64,000 nucleotides of DNA from Gemmatimonadales bacterium (GTDB taxonomy: Bacteria > Gemmatimonadota > Gemmatimonadetes > Gemmatimonadales > GWC2-71-9): the NCBI GenBank assembly GCA_046260395.1, contig JBHEPH010000007.1:163-64162 (forward strand), in the 5' to 3' direction. The translations under genes were made by a program, and so were the position numbers. How positions within the stretch are numbered: position 1 is the stretch's first letter; every line of letters begins with the position of its first letter. Shown here one piece after another: positions 45,760 through 56,845 of the stretch. The notes below the pieces were generated by a model. That model did no database searches. It was not told the origin of the DNA and worked only from the letters and a program-made list of their open reading frames with translations.

Positions 45760-46818
45760 ATGGATCTGCTGAAGGCAATGACCCAGTACCAGCACGAGCA
45801 GCTGGTCATCTCGTCCGATCCCACGTCCGGGTACTTTGGGATCATCGCGATCCACGACACCACCCTGGGCCCCGCGCTGGGCGGTACCCGGTTCTGGCAG
45901 TACGCCTCCACCGACGAGGCGATCACTGATGCGCTCCGCCTGGCCCGGGGGATGACCTACAAGGCGGCGGTGGCCGGGGTGAACCTGGGGGGCGGCAAGG
46001 CGGTGATCATCGGCGACAACAAGCGGAGCGATCGCGAGGCCCTCTTCCGGGCGCACGGCCGCTTTGTCGAGTCACTCGGCGGCCGCTATATCACCGCCGA
46101 GGATGTTGGCACCAGTCCGGCCGACATGGAGCACATCCACAGCGAGACGGAATCGGTCGTTGGGTTGTACGGACGCTCGGGCGATCCCTCGCCGGTCACC
46201 GCCTACGGCGTGTACGTGGGGATGAAGGCCGCCGCCAAGGTGAAGTGGGGCAGTGACGACCTCTCGTCACGGACCGTGGCCGTGCAGGGCTGTGGCAACG
46301 TGGCCAGCCACCTTTGCGCTCTCCTCCACAAGGAGGGGGCCAAGCTGATTGTCACCGACATTGACGAGGCGAAGGTGAAGCAGATGGTCGAGGCCACCGG
46401 TGCCAGTGTCGTGACACCGGATGCGATCTATGACCAGGCGGCGGACATTTTTTCCCCGAACGCGCTCGGCGCGGTCATCAACGACAACACGATCCCGCGG
46501 TTCAAGGTGGCGGTGGTGGCCGGCGGTGCCAACAACGTGCTGGCCGAGGAGCGTCATGGCGCGGCGCTTGAGGAGCGGGGCATCACCTACGCCCCGGATT
46601 ACGTCGTCAACGGGGGCGGCCTGATCAACGTCTACGGCGAGCTGCAGGGATGGGGTCCGGAGCGCTCCAAGCGGAAGGCCGGTGACATCTACGATACCAC
46701 CCTGCGGGTGTTTGCGATCGCCGCGGAGCAGAAGATCCCGAGCTACCTGGCCGCCGATCGGCTGGCGGAGGAGCGGGTCATGTCCATCCGCCCGCTCCGC
46801 AAGGTCTGGACTGCATAG
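45760..46818 (+). CDS. Leu/Phe/Val dehydrogenase family (leucine dehydrogenase-like)
   Basis: GPALGGTRFW, KAAVAGVNLGGGKAVI (catalytic Lys) and VQGCGNVASHL. ATG 45760 lies downstream of the repeat. Confidence 0.9.
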   Translation: MDLLKAMTQYQHEQLVISSDPTSGYFGIIAIHDTTLGPALGGTRFWQYASTDEAITDALRLARGMTYKAAVAGVNLGGGKAVIIGDNKRSDREALFRAHGRFVESLGGRYITAEDVGTSPADMEHIHSETESVVGLYGRSGDPSPVTAYGVYVGMKAAAKVKWGSDDLSSRTVAVQGCGNVASHLCALLHKEGAKLIVTDIDEAKVKQMVEATGASVVTPDAIYDQAADIFSPNALGAVINDNTIPRFKVAVVAGGANNVLAEERHGAALEERGITYAPDYVVNGGGLINVYGELQGWGPERSKRKAGDIYDTTLRVFAIAAEQKIPSYLAADRLAEERVMSIRPLRKVWTA

Positions 46819-46842
46819 ACGGCACCGCACCACCCCCCTAGA

Positions 46843-47295
46843 TTGGAACCCATGGCCGAAACCATTCCGATTGGCGCCGATCATGCCGGCTTTGAGCTGA
46901 AGAGCCGGCTGGTGCAGGTGCTCCGCGACCTGGGATACACCCCGGAGGATGTCGGCACGACGTCCTCCGAGTCCACCGACTATCCCGACTACGCCCACCA
47001 GGTGGCGGATCGGGTGTCCCGGGGCACGGCCGCCCGGGGCGTGCTGCTCTGCGGCACCGGACTCGGCATGTCGTACGCGGCCAACCGGCACCACGGAGTG
47101 CGGGCCGCCGTGGCCTGGACGCCCGAGATCGCCCGGCTGGCGCGGGAGCACAACGACGCGAACGTCCTCGTGCTTCCCTCGCGGTTCGTCGGCGAGGCCG
47201 AGGGAATTGAGATTTTGAAGACCTGGCTGGACACTCCCTTTGCCGGCGGGCGACACAGCCGGCGCATCGCCAAGATCGATTCGGAGGACGCGTGA
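46843..47295 (+). CDS. rpiB: ribose-5-phosphate isomerase B
   Basis: [30 protein letters not shown] and NVLVLPSRF. Confidence 0.93.
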   Translation: MEPMAETIPIGADHAGFELKSRLVQVLRDLGYTPEDVGTTSSESTDYPDYAHQVADRVSRGTAARGVLLCGTGLGMSYAANRHHGVRAAVAWTPEIARLAREHNDANVLVLPSRFVGEAEGIEILKTWLDTPFAGGRHSRRIAKIDSEDA

Positions 47296-48542
47296 CCCTG
47301 CGTCACAACGCCACCCTGCGCGAGGCTGATCCGGTCATTGCCGGCCTGGTCAACCGTGAGCTGACGCGCCAGCGCGCCGGCCTCGAGTTGATCGCCAGCG
47401 AGAACTTCGCCTCGCGCGCGGTGATCGACGCCATCGGCACGCCGCTGACCACCAAGTACGCGGAGGGCTACCCCGGCAAGCGCTACTACGGCGGCTGCGA
47501 GGTGGTGGACGAGGTGGAGCGGCTGGCGATTGCCCGCGCACTCCAGCTCTTCGGCGCCGATCATGCCAACGTGCAGCCGCACGCCGGGGCGCAGGCCAAC
47601 TTCGCCGCCTTCATGGCCGTGCTGCCCCCGGGCGAACTCCTGATGGGCATGTCCTTGCCGCATGGGGGGCACCTGTCCCATGGGCACAGCGTCAACCACA
47701 GCGGCGCCATCTGGCGCGCCACGCACTACGGCGTCAACCCGGCCACCGGCCGCATCGAGTACGACCAGGTGCGCGAGCAGGCCCGGGCGGAGCGCCCCCG
47801 GCTGATCATCTGCGGCGGCAGCGCCTATGCCCGGACCATCGACTTCGCCGCGTTCCGCAGCATTGCCGACGAAGTGGGTGCCACGCTGCTGGTGGACATG
47901 TCCCACTTCGCAGGGCTCGTCGCCGGCGGCGTGCACCCCTCGCCGGTGCCACATGCCCAGATCGTCACGACCACCACGCACAAGACGCTGCGCGGCCCGC
48001 GCGGCGGGCTGATCCTCTGCACGGCAGACCTGGCCAAGGCGATGGACCGCTCGGTCTTTCCCGGCACCCAGGGTGGCCCGCTGGAGCATGTCATCGCCGC
48101 CAAGGCAGTAGCCTTCGGCGAGGCGCTCACCCCGGACTTCCGCGCCTACGCCCACCGGGTGGTGGCCAACGCCAAGCGCCTGGCCGACGCCCTCACTGAT
48201 CGCGGCTTTGCCATCGTTTCCGGCGGCACCGATACCCACCTGATGCTGGTGGACCTGCGGCCCAAGGGGATCACCGGGAAGGAGGCCGAGGCGGTGCTCG
48301 GCCAGGCCGCCATCACCGTCAACAAGAACACGATTCCCGACGACCCCGAGTCGCCGTTCGTCACCAGCGGGATCCGGTTGGGGACGCCCGCACTGACCAC
48401 GCGCGGCATGGGACTGCACGAGATGGAACAGATCGCCGCGCTCATTGACCGGGCGCTCACGAAGCGCGACGATGCCTCGCTCGCCGGCGTGCGCCGCGAC
48501 GTCGAATCCCTCGCCGGGGCGTTCCCCCTCTACGCCGCATGA
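47292..48542 (+). CDS. glyA: serine hydroxymethyltransferase
   Basis: [24 protein letters not shown] and [14 protein letters not shown] (PLP-Lys). Confidence 0.97.
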   Translation: MTLRHNATLREADPVIAGLVNRELTRQRAGLELIASENFASRAVIDAIGTPLTTKYAEGYPGKRYYGGCEVVDEVERLAIARALQLFGADHANVQPHAGAQANFAAFMAVLPPGELLMGMSLPHGGHLSHGHSVNHSGAIWRATHYGVNPATGRIEYDQVREQARAERPRLIICGGSAYARTIDFAAFRSIADEVGATLLVDMSHFAGLVAGGVHPSPVPHAQIVTTTTHKTLRGPRGGLILCTADLAKAMDRSVFPGTQGGPLEHVIAAKAVAFGEALTPDFRAYAHRVVANAKRLADALTDRGFAIVSGGTDTHLMLVDLRPKGITGKEAEAVLGQAAITVNKNTIPDDPESPFVTSGIRLGTPALTTRGMGLHEMEQIAALIDRALTKRDDASLAGVRRDVESLAGAFPLYAA

Positions 48543-48925
48543 ACGACTTGCAGTTCTCCGCCGAGATGCAGGCACGCCTCGCGGCGCGCGGTGGCGGGTA
48601 CCACGAGCGGGCGTATCTGTTCGTCCTGGGCAGCGTGGAGTTCCTTCAGGGCCGCCTCGACGCGCGGCGCCATGTCAGTGGCGAGGAACTCTCCTGGGGC
48701 TGCCGCGACTTTGCCATCAAGCAGTTTGGCCCGATGGCGCGCACGGTGCTGGAACACTGGGGCATCCGCCGCTCCGAGGACTTCGGGCGGATCGTCTTTA
48801 CCCTGGTGGAAGTGGGACTTCTCGTGACCCAGCCCGGGGATCGCGTGGAAGATTTTGCCGGCCGGTTCGAGTTCGCCGAGGTGTTCGGCGAGGATGAGGT
48901 CTGGCTGGGAGCGTCCGGGCACTGA
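48539..48925 (+). CDS. conserved hypothetical protein (Minf_1886-like, tentative)
   Basis: 128-aa ORF with normal composition. ATGA overlap with glyA. Contains [20 protein letters not shown]. Confidence 0.6.
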   Translation: MNDLQFSAEMQARLAARGGGYHERAYLFVLGSVEFLQGRLDARRHVSGEELSWGCRDFAIKQFGPMARTVLEHWGIRRSEDFGRIVFTLVEVGLLVTQPGDRVEDFAGRFEFAEVFGEDEVWLGASGH

Positions 48926-48961
48926 CGCGGCGGTGGTCGCCGGGAAGGGAAGGGGGCACCA

Positions 48962-49156
48962 ATGGAACGTGTGGACTGGCCGGCCTGCCAGAAGTGTGAC
49001 GATGGGACCCTGATCCCGCTCTCCGACTACGGGCGCGACGGCGCACCGATCACCTACAAGGCCTGGGTGTGCACCAACCCCGAGTGCGGATTCAACCTCC
49101 GCATTGACAACGGCGAGATCAGCTTCGGGCGGGCCATCCAATCAAGTTCGAAGTAG
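48962..49156 (+). CDS. small zinc-ribbon protein
   Basis: CQKCDDG ... CTNPECG (CxxC ... CxxxC). 64 aa. Confidence 0.55.
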   Translation: MERVDWPACQKCDDGTLIPLSDYGRDGAPITYKAWVCTNPECGFNLRIDNGEISFGRAIQSSSK

Positions 49157-49222
49157 GAAGCGAGCAGCGAGAAGTGCCAACCCTGTGGTCCACTTCTCCC
49201 TTCTCCCTTCACACTTCTCCCT
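49151..49222. repeat. heptad purine-arm / pyrimidine-arm inverted repeat element
   Basis: The purine arm aagtaggaagcgagcagcgagaagtg and pyrimidine arm cacttctcccttctcccttcacacttctcc flank the loop ccaaccctgtggtc. An 8-bp perfect core pairs gagaagtg with cacttctc. It begins on the stop codon of the zinc-ribbon ORF. Confidence 0.9.
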
Positions 49223-49232
49223 CGAAGCTCTC

Positions 49233-50783
49233 ATGCTCCCCATCCTGACCCCTGAACAGTCCCGCGCCTGGGATAGCGCCGCCAGTGCTGCCGGCCGCCC
49301 GCTCGGCACGCTCATGGAGTCCGCCGGACGCGCCGCCGCGCAGGTCATTGCCGAACGGTATGCCTCGCGCTGCCGCCAGGGAGTGCTCGTCGCCGCTGGC
49401 CCGGGCAACAATGGCGGCGACGGCTGGGTCATCGCCCGGGCGCTGCAGGCGGTCGGGCTTCCGGTGTGGGTTGCCGCCTCCGGCGAACCAGGCAGCGAAC
49501 TCGCCGTCCTTCAGGCCCGGCTGGCGCACGAGGATGGTGTGCGCACCGTCGCCGCCGACGGACCGTGGCCTGCCGCCGGTCTCCTGGTGGATGCCCTGCT
49601 CGGCACCGGCGCCTCCGGCCCGCTCCGTGGCACGGTGGCCGATCTCGCGCATCGGCTCGCCGACCTCGACATCCCGCTGATTGCCGTGGACGGACCGACC
49701 GGACTCAACCTGCTCGATGGCGTCAACCACGGGCCGCTGCAGGCCGCGCTGACGATCACCTTTGGCGGGTTCCGGCGTGGGCACCTCCTCTCCCGTGATG
49801 ATTGCGGAGACCTGGTGGTGGTGGATATCGGGTGTCCACCGGCCGCGGGCGACTGGCCCATCCTGATGACGGCGCTCCACGCCGCTCGGCAGCTCAAGCC
49901 CTTCCCCTCGGATGCCCACAAGGGCGAGCGCGGTCGGGTGGTGGTGGTGGGTGGTGATGCCGGCATGACCGGCGCGGCGCGGCTCGCCGCACGCGCGGCC
50001 TTCGGGGCCGGCGCCGGCCTGGTGCACATCGTCGCACCAGCGGAGACGGTGCGAGACCTCGCCGGCTCCGAACCCGATGTGCAGTCCCTGGCCCAGCCGT
50101 TCGATGCCGCATTGACCAAGGACTGCTCGCAGCTGCTCGGCCGGGCCGACGCCATTGTCGTGGGCCCGGGGCTTGGCCGCGGACCGGGACGCGACGCGCT
50201 TGTCCTTGGGGTACTTGATGCGGGTCGTTCACCGGTGGTGGTGGATGCCGATGGCCTGATGGCGTTGCAGGGCCGCGTGGCAGAGCTGGCGGCGCGCGCG
50301 GGCCGCCGGCCGGTCCTCCTGACGCCGCATCTCGGGGAGTTCCGCGCGCTCTTTCCCGACCTGGCATCCGACGCGACGGTGGATCCGTGGCATGCCGCAG
50401 AGCGGGCCGCCGAGCTGACCCAGTGCACGGTGCTGCTCAAGGGCGTGCCCACGGTCATCGCGACGCCGGGACGGCAGACCCTCACGGTGGCCGCCGGCAA
50501 CCCCGGGCTCGCGACTGGCGGCAGCGGTGATTGCCTGGCGGGGCTGGCGGCCGCCTTTTTGGCCCAGGGTGTGGAGCCCCGCACGGCCACCGGGATGGCC
50601 GCGCAGGCGCTCGGCGATGCCGCCGACATCGCCGCGCGGCGGCGCACCGCCCGCGCCATGCGGCCGATGGACCTGCTCGAAGCCCTGCCCGATCTCTGGC
50701 GCCACTGGGCTCGGCTGGCATCGCACGGAGCCCCCGTGCGGCCCCCGATCCTGCACGAACTCCCCCGACCCGAGCGCGGCTGA
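49233..50783 (+). CDS. nnr: bifunctional NAD(P)H-hydrate epimerase / ADP-dependent dehydratase
   Basis: YjeF-N domain (VLVAAGPGNNGGDGWV) and YjeF-C domain (HKGERGRVVVVGG, GGSGDCLAG). ATG 49233 lies downstream of the repeat. Confidence 0.92.
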   Translation: MLPILTPEQSRAWDSAASAAGRPLGTLMESAGRAAAQVIAERYASRCRQGVLVAAGPGNNGGDGWVIARALQAVGLPVWVAASGEPGSELAVLQARLAHEDGVRTVAADGPWPAAGLLVDALLGTGASGPLRGTVADLAHRLADLDIPLIAVDGPTGLNLLDGVNHGPLQAALTITFGGFRRGHLLSRDDCGDLVVVDIGCPPAAGDWPILMTALHAARQLKPFPSDAHKGERGRVVVVGGDAGMTGAARLAARAAFGAGAGLVHIVAPAETVRDLAGSEPDVQSLAQPFDAALTKDCSQLLGRADAIVVGPGLGRGPGRDALVLGVLDAGRSPVVVDADGLMALQGRVAELAARAGRRPVLLTPHLGEFRALFPDLASDATVDPWHAAERAAELTQCTVLLKGVPTVIATPGRQTLTVAAGNPGLATGGSGDCLAGLAAAFLAQGVEPRTATGMAAQALGDAADIAARRRTARAMRPMDLLEALPDLWRHWARLASHGAPVRPPILHELPRPERG

Positions 50784-51733
50784 TGAGCATCCTGGGACCC
50801 GGGGTGGAGTTCGATCGGATCCGCGAGATTGCCGCGGTGCTGGGGCCGCGCGCTGCGGAGCTCGGTGATGATTGCGCCATGGTGCCGATCACCGGCGGCT
50901 TCCTGGCCCTCAGCACCGATGTCAGCGTGGACGGCATCCACTTCCGGCGCGAGTGGCTGTCGTTCGAGGAGATCGGCTGGCGTGCCGCCGCGGGAGCGCT
51001 CTCCGATCTGGCGGCGGTGGGCGCCGATCCGGTCGGTCTCCTCGCGGCGATCACCCTGCCCGATGACTGCACCGATCGGGATGCCGTGGCGCTGATGGAC
51101 GGGGTCGGCAACGCGGTGTCCGCAGCCGGGGGGCAGGTGCTCGGCGGCGATCTCTCCCGGGGCGCCACGCTGCAACTCGCGATCACGGTGGTGGGGTCCA
51201 CGAGCGCCTGGCTGGGGCGGAGTGGGGCGCGGCCCGGTGACGGTGTCTGGGTGACTGGCGCCCTCGGAGGTGCCCGGGCCGCGCTGGAATCGTGGCAGGC
51301 AGGCACCGAGCCGGCGGCGGCGGCGCGGGCAGCCTTTGCGCGGCCCGAGCCGCGGATTGGCGTGGGCCGCTGGCTCGCGGCAGCGGGAGCCCACGCCATG
51401 CTGGATCTGAGCGATGGCCTGGCCGGTGACGCCGCGCACCTGGCCAGCGCCTCCAAGGTGGCGCTGACGATCGAGCTCGAACGCCTGCCGGTGCATCCCG
51501 GGGTGTCCGGGGCCGGCGAGCGCGCCGCGGCACTGGTGGCCGCCGCCGGAGGCGAAGACTACGAGCTGCTGGTGGCGCTGCCGGAGACGTTCGGCGAGGC
51601 GGGTGCCGAGAGGTGCTTCGCCGAAGCCGGTATTCCGCTCACGCGGGTGGGGCACGTTGCCGCGGGGGAAGGCGCCCACCTCTTGCATCACGGGGAGCCG
51701 GTCTTCCTGCGCGGCTACGACCACTTCCGGTGA
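50783..51733 (+). CDS. thiL: thiamine-monophosphate kinase
   Basis: GDDCAMV, STDVSVDGIHF, SDLAAVGA and DLSDGLAGD. The ATG shares one base with the nnr TGA. Confidence 0.92.
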   Translation: MSILGPGVEFDRIREIAAVLGPRAAELGDDCAMVPITGGFLALSTDVSVDGIHFRREWLSFEEIGWRAAAGALSDLAAVGADPVGLLAAITLPDDCTDRDAVALMDGVGNAVSAAGGQVLGGDLSRGATLQLAITVVGSTSAWLGRSGARPGDGVWVTGALGGARAALESWQAGTEPAAAARAAFARPEPRIGVGRWLAAAGAHAMLDLSDGLAGDAAHLASASKVALTIELERLPVHPGVSGAGERAAALVAAAGGEDYELLVALPETFGEAGAERCFAEAGIPLTRVGHVAAGEGAHLLHHGEPVFLRGYDHFR

Positions 51734-52449
51734 TCCGCGCCATCCGCTTCCTCTTCGCCGTGAAGGTGCTGACGATCTGGTACGGCGGCCGGGTCTTGGC
51801 GAATGCATGGCGTGGCGTCCGCCACCAGCCCGGTGGAGTGTACGACGAGATGTGCCGCAGCTGGGGCGTGAAGATGATGCGCTGGAACCGGCTCCAGGCA
51901 AGCGTGGAGGGGATGGAGCGCCTGGCGCCGGGTCAGCCGTATGTGTACGTGGCCAATCACGCCTCCTTCGTGGATATCTGGGCGCTGCTGGAGCACCTCC
52001 CCGGCTCGATCCGATTCGTCTACAAGAAGGAACTGGGTGGGATTCCCGTCTTCGGGCCGGCCGTTCGTGCCTCGGGGCACATCGCCATTGACCGCCAGAA
52101 CCGCGCCTCCGCCTTCAGCGCCTATGACGTTGCAGCACGGGATGTTCGCGGGGGCACCTCCGCGATGGTGTTCGCCGAGGGCACCCGCAGCGCGGACGGA
52201 CGGCTGTTGACGTTCAAGAAGGGACCGTTCGTCCTGGCCATTGCCGCCGGGGTGCCGGTCGTGCCGGTCGCGATACTCGGGGCCTACGAGTCGATGCCGA
52301 AGGGAAGCATCGCGCCGCGGCAGGTGCCCATCAGTATCATGATCGGAACGCCAATTCCCACCACGGGTTTAACTTACGAGGACCGCGATGCGGTCAGCAT
52401 GCGGTGCCGGCGGGAGCTTGAGGCACTCGGTGTCCCCCCAGGCCAGTGA
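51730..52449 (+). CDS. plsC: 1-acyl-sn-glycerol-3-phosphate acyltransferase
   Basis: YVANHASFVDIW (HX4D), FAEGTRS and PVVPVAI. GTG 51730 overlaps the thiL stop (GTGA). Confidence 0.88.
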   Translation: MIRAIRFLFAVKVLTIWYGGRVLANAWRGVRHQPGGVYDEMCRSWGVKMMRWNRLQASVEGMERLAPGQPYVYVANHASFVDIWALLEHLPGSIRFVYKKELGGIPVFGPAVRASGHIAIDRQNRASAFSAYDVAARDVRGGTSAMVFAEGTRSADGRLLTFKKGPFVLAIAAGVPVVPVAILGAYESMPKGSIAPRQVPISIMIGTPIPTTGLTYEDRDAVSMRCRRELEALGVPPGQ

Positions 52450-52470
52450 ACTTGTGAACCCGAGGTACCC

Positions 52471-53052
52471 ATGACGCGACCCACTTTTGCCCTGCCTGTG
52501 CTGGCGCTCCTGGTGGCAGCACCACTTCAGGCCCAGATCCCGATGCCCACCACGCCACCGCCGGTCGTGGACACCGTGCCCCAGTACCTCCGGCCGGCAC
52601 TCGGTGTCCATCTCGGTTACGCCGCGATCGAGAACGCGGGGAACACGCTCGAGTTCGGTGCCACAATGGAACTCGGCGCATACCGCACGCCCCGCCTGCG
52701 ATTCGCCCTCGGCGTGAACTACCTCAGCGCCGACACCAAACGCGCCGATCTGGACGGATCGTTCTCCGACCTGACGATCAGCGCCGACCTGCGGTACAAG
52801 CCGTTCCAGGTGCGTACCGTGGCGCCCTACATCGGCGCGGGGGTCGGATTCCACGTCCGGAGCAACGACTACGACGAGCCGAACATCCGGGACATCTACG
52901 ATGGGGTGGCGGTGGGCGGGCAGATCTTCGCGGGGGTCCTGGTGGACGGGAACGAGACCGGCCGCTGGGGATTCAGTGGCGAATTGCGCGGGGTGCGGGC
53001 CCAGAACCTGGACCGGACCTCCTTCCGGGCGGGCGTTTTCATGCGCTTGTAG
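52471..53052 (+). CDS. outer-membrane beta-barrel protein
   Basis: Signal peptide ending AAPLQAQ. Alternating beta-strand pattern. C-terminus SFRAGVFMRL. Confidence 0.75.
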   Translation: MTRPTFALPVLALLVAAPLQAQIPMPTTPPPVVDTVPQYLRPALGVHLGYAAIENAGNTLEFGATMELGAYRTPRLRFALGVNYLSADTKRADLDGSFSDLTISADLRYKPFQVRTVAPYIGAGVGFHVRSNDYDEPNIRDIYDGVAVGGQIFAGVLVDGNETGRWGFSGELRGVRAQNLDRTSFRAGVFMRL

Positions 53053-53117
53053 GGGCGGACAAGCCTGTCCCGAGCGGAGCGAGGGATGGTCCGCCTGGGT
53101 TCATTACCGGGCAGGGG

Positions 53118-53190
53118 GGCCGACCTCGGTTGGAAGGGCCGACCACGGTCGGAAGGGCCGACCACGGTCGGAAGGGCCGACCACGGTCGG
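53118..53190. repeat. tandem array of about 4 x 19 bp, each unit containing the palindrome CCGACCacGGTCGG
   Basis: ggccgacctcggttggaag / ggccgaccacggtcggaag / ggccgaccacggtcggaag / ggccgaccacggtcgg. It lies 66 nt after the OMP stop and 65 nt before the eno ATG. Confidence 0.9.
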
Positions 53191-53242
53191 CCCCTACGGG
53201 TGCCGTTATCTTTCGCTGGTCCACACCCGACTACCGCCCTGA

Positions 53243-54810
<1,568 letters not shown>

Positions 54811-54849
54811 GCCGGGTGGGGTGGGGGCGTAGATTTGTGGGCTGTTCAC

Positions 54850-54923
54850 GGCAGGGTAGCTCAGGTGGTTAGAGCACGGCACTCATAATGCCGGGGTCGC
54901 GGGTTCGAGTCCCGCCCCTGCTA
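54850..54923 (+). tRNA. tRNA-Met (anticodon CAT), elongator-like
   Basis: GGCAGGGTAGCTCAGGTGGTTAGAGCACGGCACTCATAATGCCGGGGTCGCGGGTTCGAGTCCCGCCCCTGCTA. The anticodon loop CTCATAA and overall pattern resemble elongator Met. A lysidine-modified tRNA-Ile2 cannot be excluded from sequence. Confidence 0.88.
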
Positions 54924-54969
54924 TGGTTTTCGCTTCGCTGCAAACCGAAGGGGACTCGGAGCTTCGCAA

Positions 54970-54988
54970 CGAGTCCCGCCCCTGCTAT
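54970..54988 (+). repeat. 19-bp perfect duplicate of the tRNA-Met 3' end
   Basis: cgagtcccgcccctgctat occurs at 54906-54924 (inside and at the end of the tRNA) and again at 54970-54988. Confidence 0.9.
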
Positions 54989-54989
54989 T

Positions 54990-55062
54990 GAAGCGAGAAG
55001 TGTGAAGGGAGAAGCGAGAAGTGGGCTCCGTGTGGGGGCGAGCTTCTTCCTTCTCCCTTCCT
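54990..55062. repeat. heptad purine-arm / pyrimidine-arm inverted repeat element
   Basis: The purine arm gaagcgagaagtgtgaagggagaagcgagaagtggg is separated by a spacer from the pyrimidine arm cttcttccttctcccttcc. Confidence 0.88.
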
Positions 55063-55152
55063 GCATCTGCCTCCGGAGCTTCCGCAGCGCGCATTCGTCG
55101 CGCCTGTCACCATCGCGGCCAGCGAGCACGGCAGCACCGCGGCCCCCAGCCA

Positions 55153-56253
55153 TCAGGTGAACCGCAGATTGCGCACGAAGTCATCCGCACTTGTAGCAGC
55201 AGACATCGCCACCTCCAGGGTGATCAGGCCTCCGCGGTGGAGTTCCATGAGGTTCTGATCGAAGCTCTGGGTGCCATACACCGCCCCGCCATCCTCGATC
55301 AGTTTCACGATTTCCGCGGTCTTGTCCGGGTCGGCGATGCACTCCTCGATCGCGGATGTGTGCCGCATGACCTCCACCGCGAGGACCTGGCCGATGCCAT
55401 CGGCCCGGGGGAGGAGTCGCTGCGATACCATCGCTCGCAGCACTTCGGCGAGCCGCTTCCGCACCCCCAGCTGCTCGCTTGGCTCGAAGACGCTGGCGAA
55501 CCGCGTCACCCCGCGAATCGAGTCGGTGGTGTGTACCGTCGCCAGGATCAGGTGTCCGGTCTCGGCGGCTTGCAGCGCCACATCGACCGTGACCCTGTCG
55601 CGCATCTCACCGATAAGGACGACGTCGGGATCCTGCCGAAGGGCGGCTCGCAGCGCCGGCTCGAAGCCATGGGTGTCGCTGCCGACCTCGCGTTGGATCA
55701 CGATCGAGTCGATGTCCCGATGCAGGAACTCGATAGGATCCTCGATGGTGACGATCTTCTTCCGCTTGTGACGATTGATATAATCCACCATCGCCGCCAT
55801 CGTCGACGATTTGCCGCTGCCGGTGGTGCCCGAGATCAGGATCAGGCCCCGGTCCTCCATGGCGATGTCGGAGAGCACCGGGGGAAGCCCCAGCTCCTCG
55901 AAGGTTGGAATGACATCGGCGATCCCCCGCAACACCGCCGAGAACGAGCCGCGCTGAAGGCAGAGATTGACGCGGAAGCGGCCGAGGCCGGGAAGGGAAT
56001 ACGAGCAATCCATCTCGGTGAGCTCGCTCAACTTGGCGACCACGTTGTCGGGCGTCGCCTTCCTCGTGCTGAGCAGGATCTCGGTGGCAATTTCGGTGAG
56101 ATCGGCAGCGCTCAGGACCGGTGAATCATCGATCGGCACGACCTCGCCATGGATGCGCATTCGGAGCGGCCCACCGGCACTGACGTGCAGGTCGGAGGCC
56201 TTGCGCTCATGGGTCATCCTGAGGCCGGCCTTGAAGACATCGAGGATGGGCAT
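55153..56253 (-). CDS. pilT: type IV pilus retraction ATPase PilT/PilU family
   Basis: ASDLHVSAG, Walker A ISGTTGSGKSST, TIEDPIEF, GEMRD and TGHLILATVHT. Confidence 0.92.
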   Translation of the reverse strand: MPILDVFKAGLRMTHERKASDLHVSAGGPLRMRIHGEVVPIDDSPVLSAADLTEIATEILLSTRKATPDNVVAKLSELTEMDCSYSLPGLGRFRVNLCLQRGSFSAVLRGIADVIPTFEELGLPPVLSDIAMEDRGLILISGTTGSGKSSTMAAMVDYINRHKRKKIVTIEDPIEFLHRDIDSIVIQREVGSDTHGFEPALRAALRQDPDVVLIGEMRDRVTVDVALQAAETGHLILATVHTTDSIRGVTRFASVFEPSEQLGVRKRLAEVLRAMVSQRLLPRADGIGQVLAVEVMRHTSAIEECIADPDKTAEIVKLIEDGGAVYGTQSFDQNLMELHRGGLITLEVAMSAATSADDFVRNLRFT

Positions 56254-56673
56254 TGGAAGCTCCCGAATTGGTGGAGACGGCTGCCTTGTAAGCTACAGTG
56301 GGCGGGCGCAGCGGCGGGCGCCTGACGACACTTTTGTTGGTAGACACCGCGGGGCTGGAAACACCCGGCCGAGGCGGTCGCGTTGTCCTGATGTTGGGTG
56401 GCGAAGTCGCAGGTGATCATCGGTGAGATCGGGGATCCGAGCCCATCCTCGGGCTCCACCAGGATCCTCAGACATCTCACCGTTCAACGGCTCCTCTGCG
56501 ATGACGTCTCACGGATCGTGCTGCTGTTGCGGGGCGCGGCGGCCCCGCCACATAACTTAATCAGCCGGGGGCATTCGCCGCGACTCGGCAGCCGCACGCG
56601 CTGGCGGGGTGACAGGTTGAGCCGGGAGGGGGTGCGGATCCGTGGAGGCCTCGGCCTCGCCGATCCCTTGGAA

Positions 56674-56845
56674 AGCCCGCGCGCAGCACGGGGAGTATGG
56701 GTGTCCCAGGCTCACACCCCGGACGAGGCGAAACCCCACCCGACGACCGCGATTCTGGCTCCCGCGCACGGGCCCCCGCGTAGGGGTGCGCCTCCGGCGC
56801 GCCCCTGCGCGCACAACGAACCCCATCAACAGCCCGCGCAGAGCG
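56674..56845 (+). repeat. structured GC-rich repeat, copy A (REP-like palindrome 56777-56811)
   Basis: Shares with copy B the blocks agcccgcgcg, gtcccaggctcac, ggctcccgcg and cgcgtaggggYgcgcc..ggcgcgcccctgcgYgcacaacRaaccccat...gcccgcgc. Confidence 0.85.
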
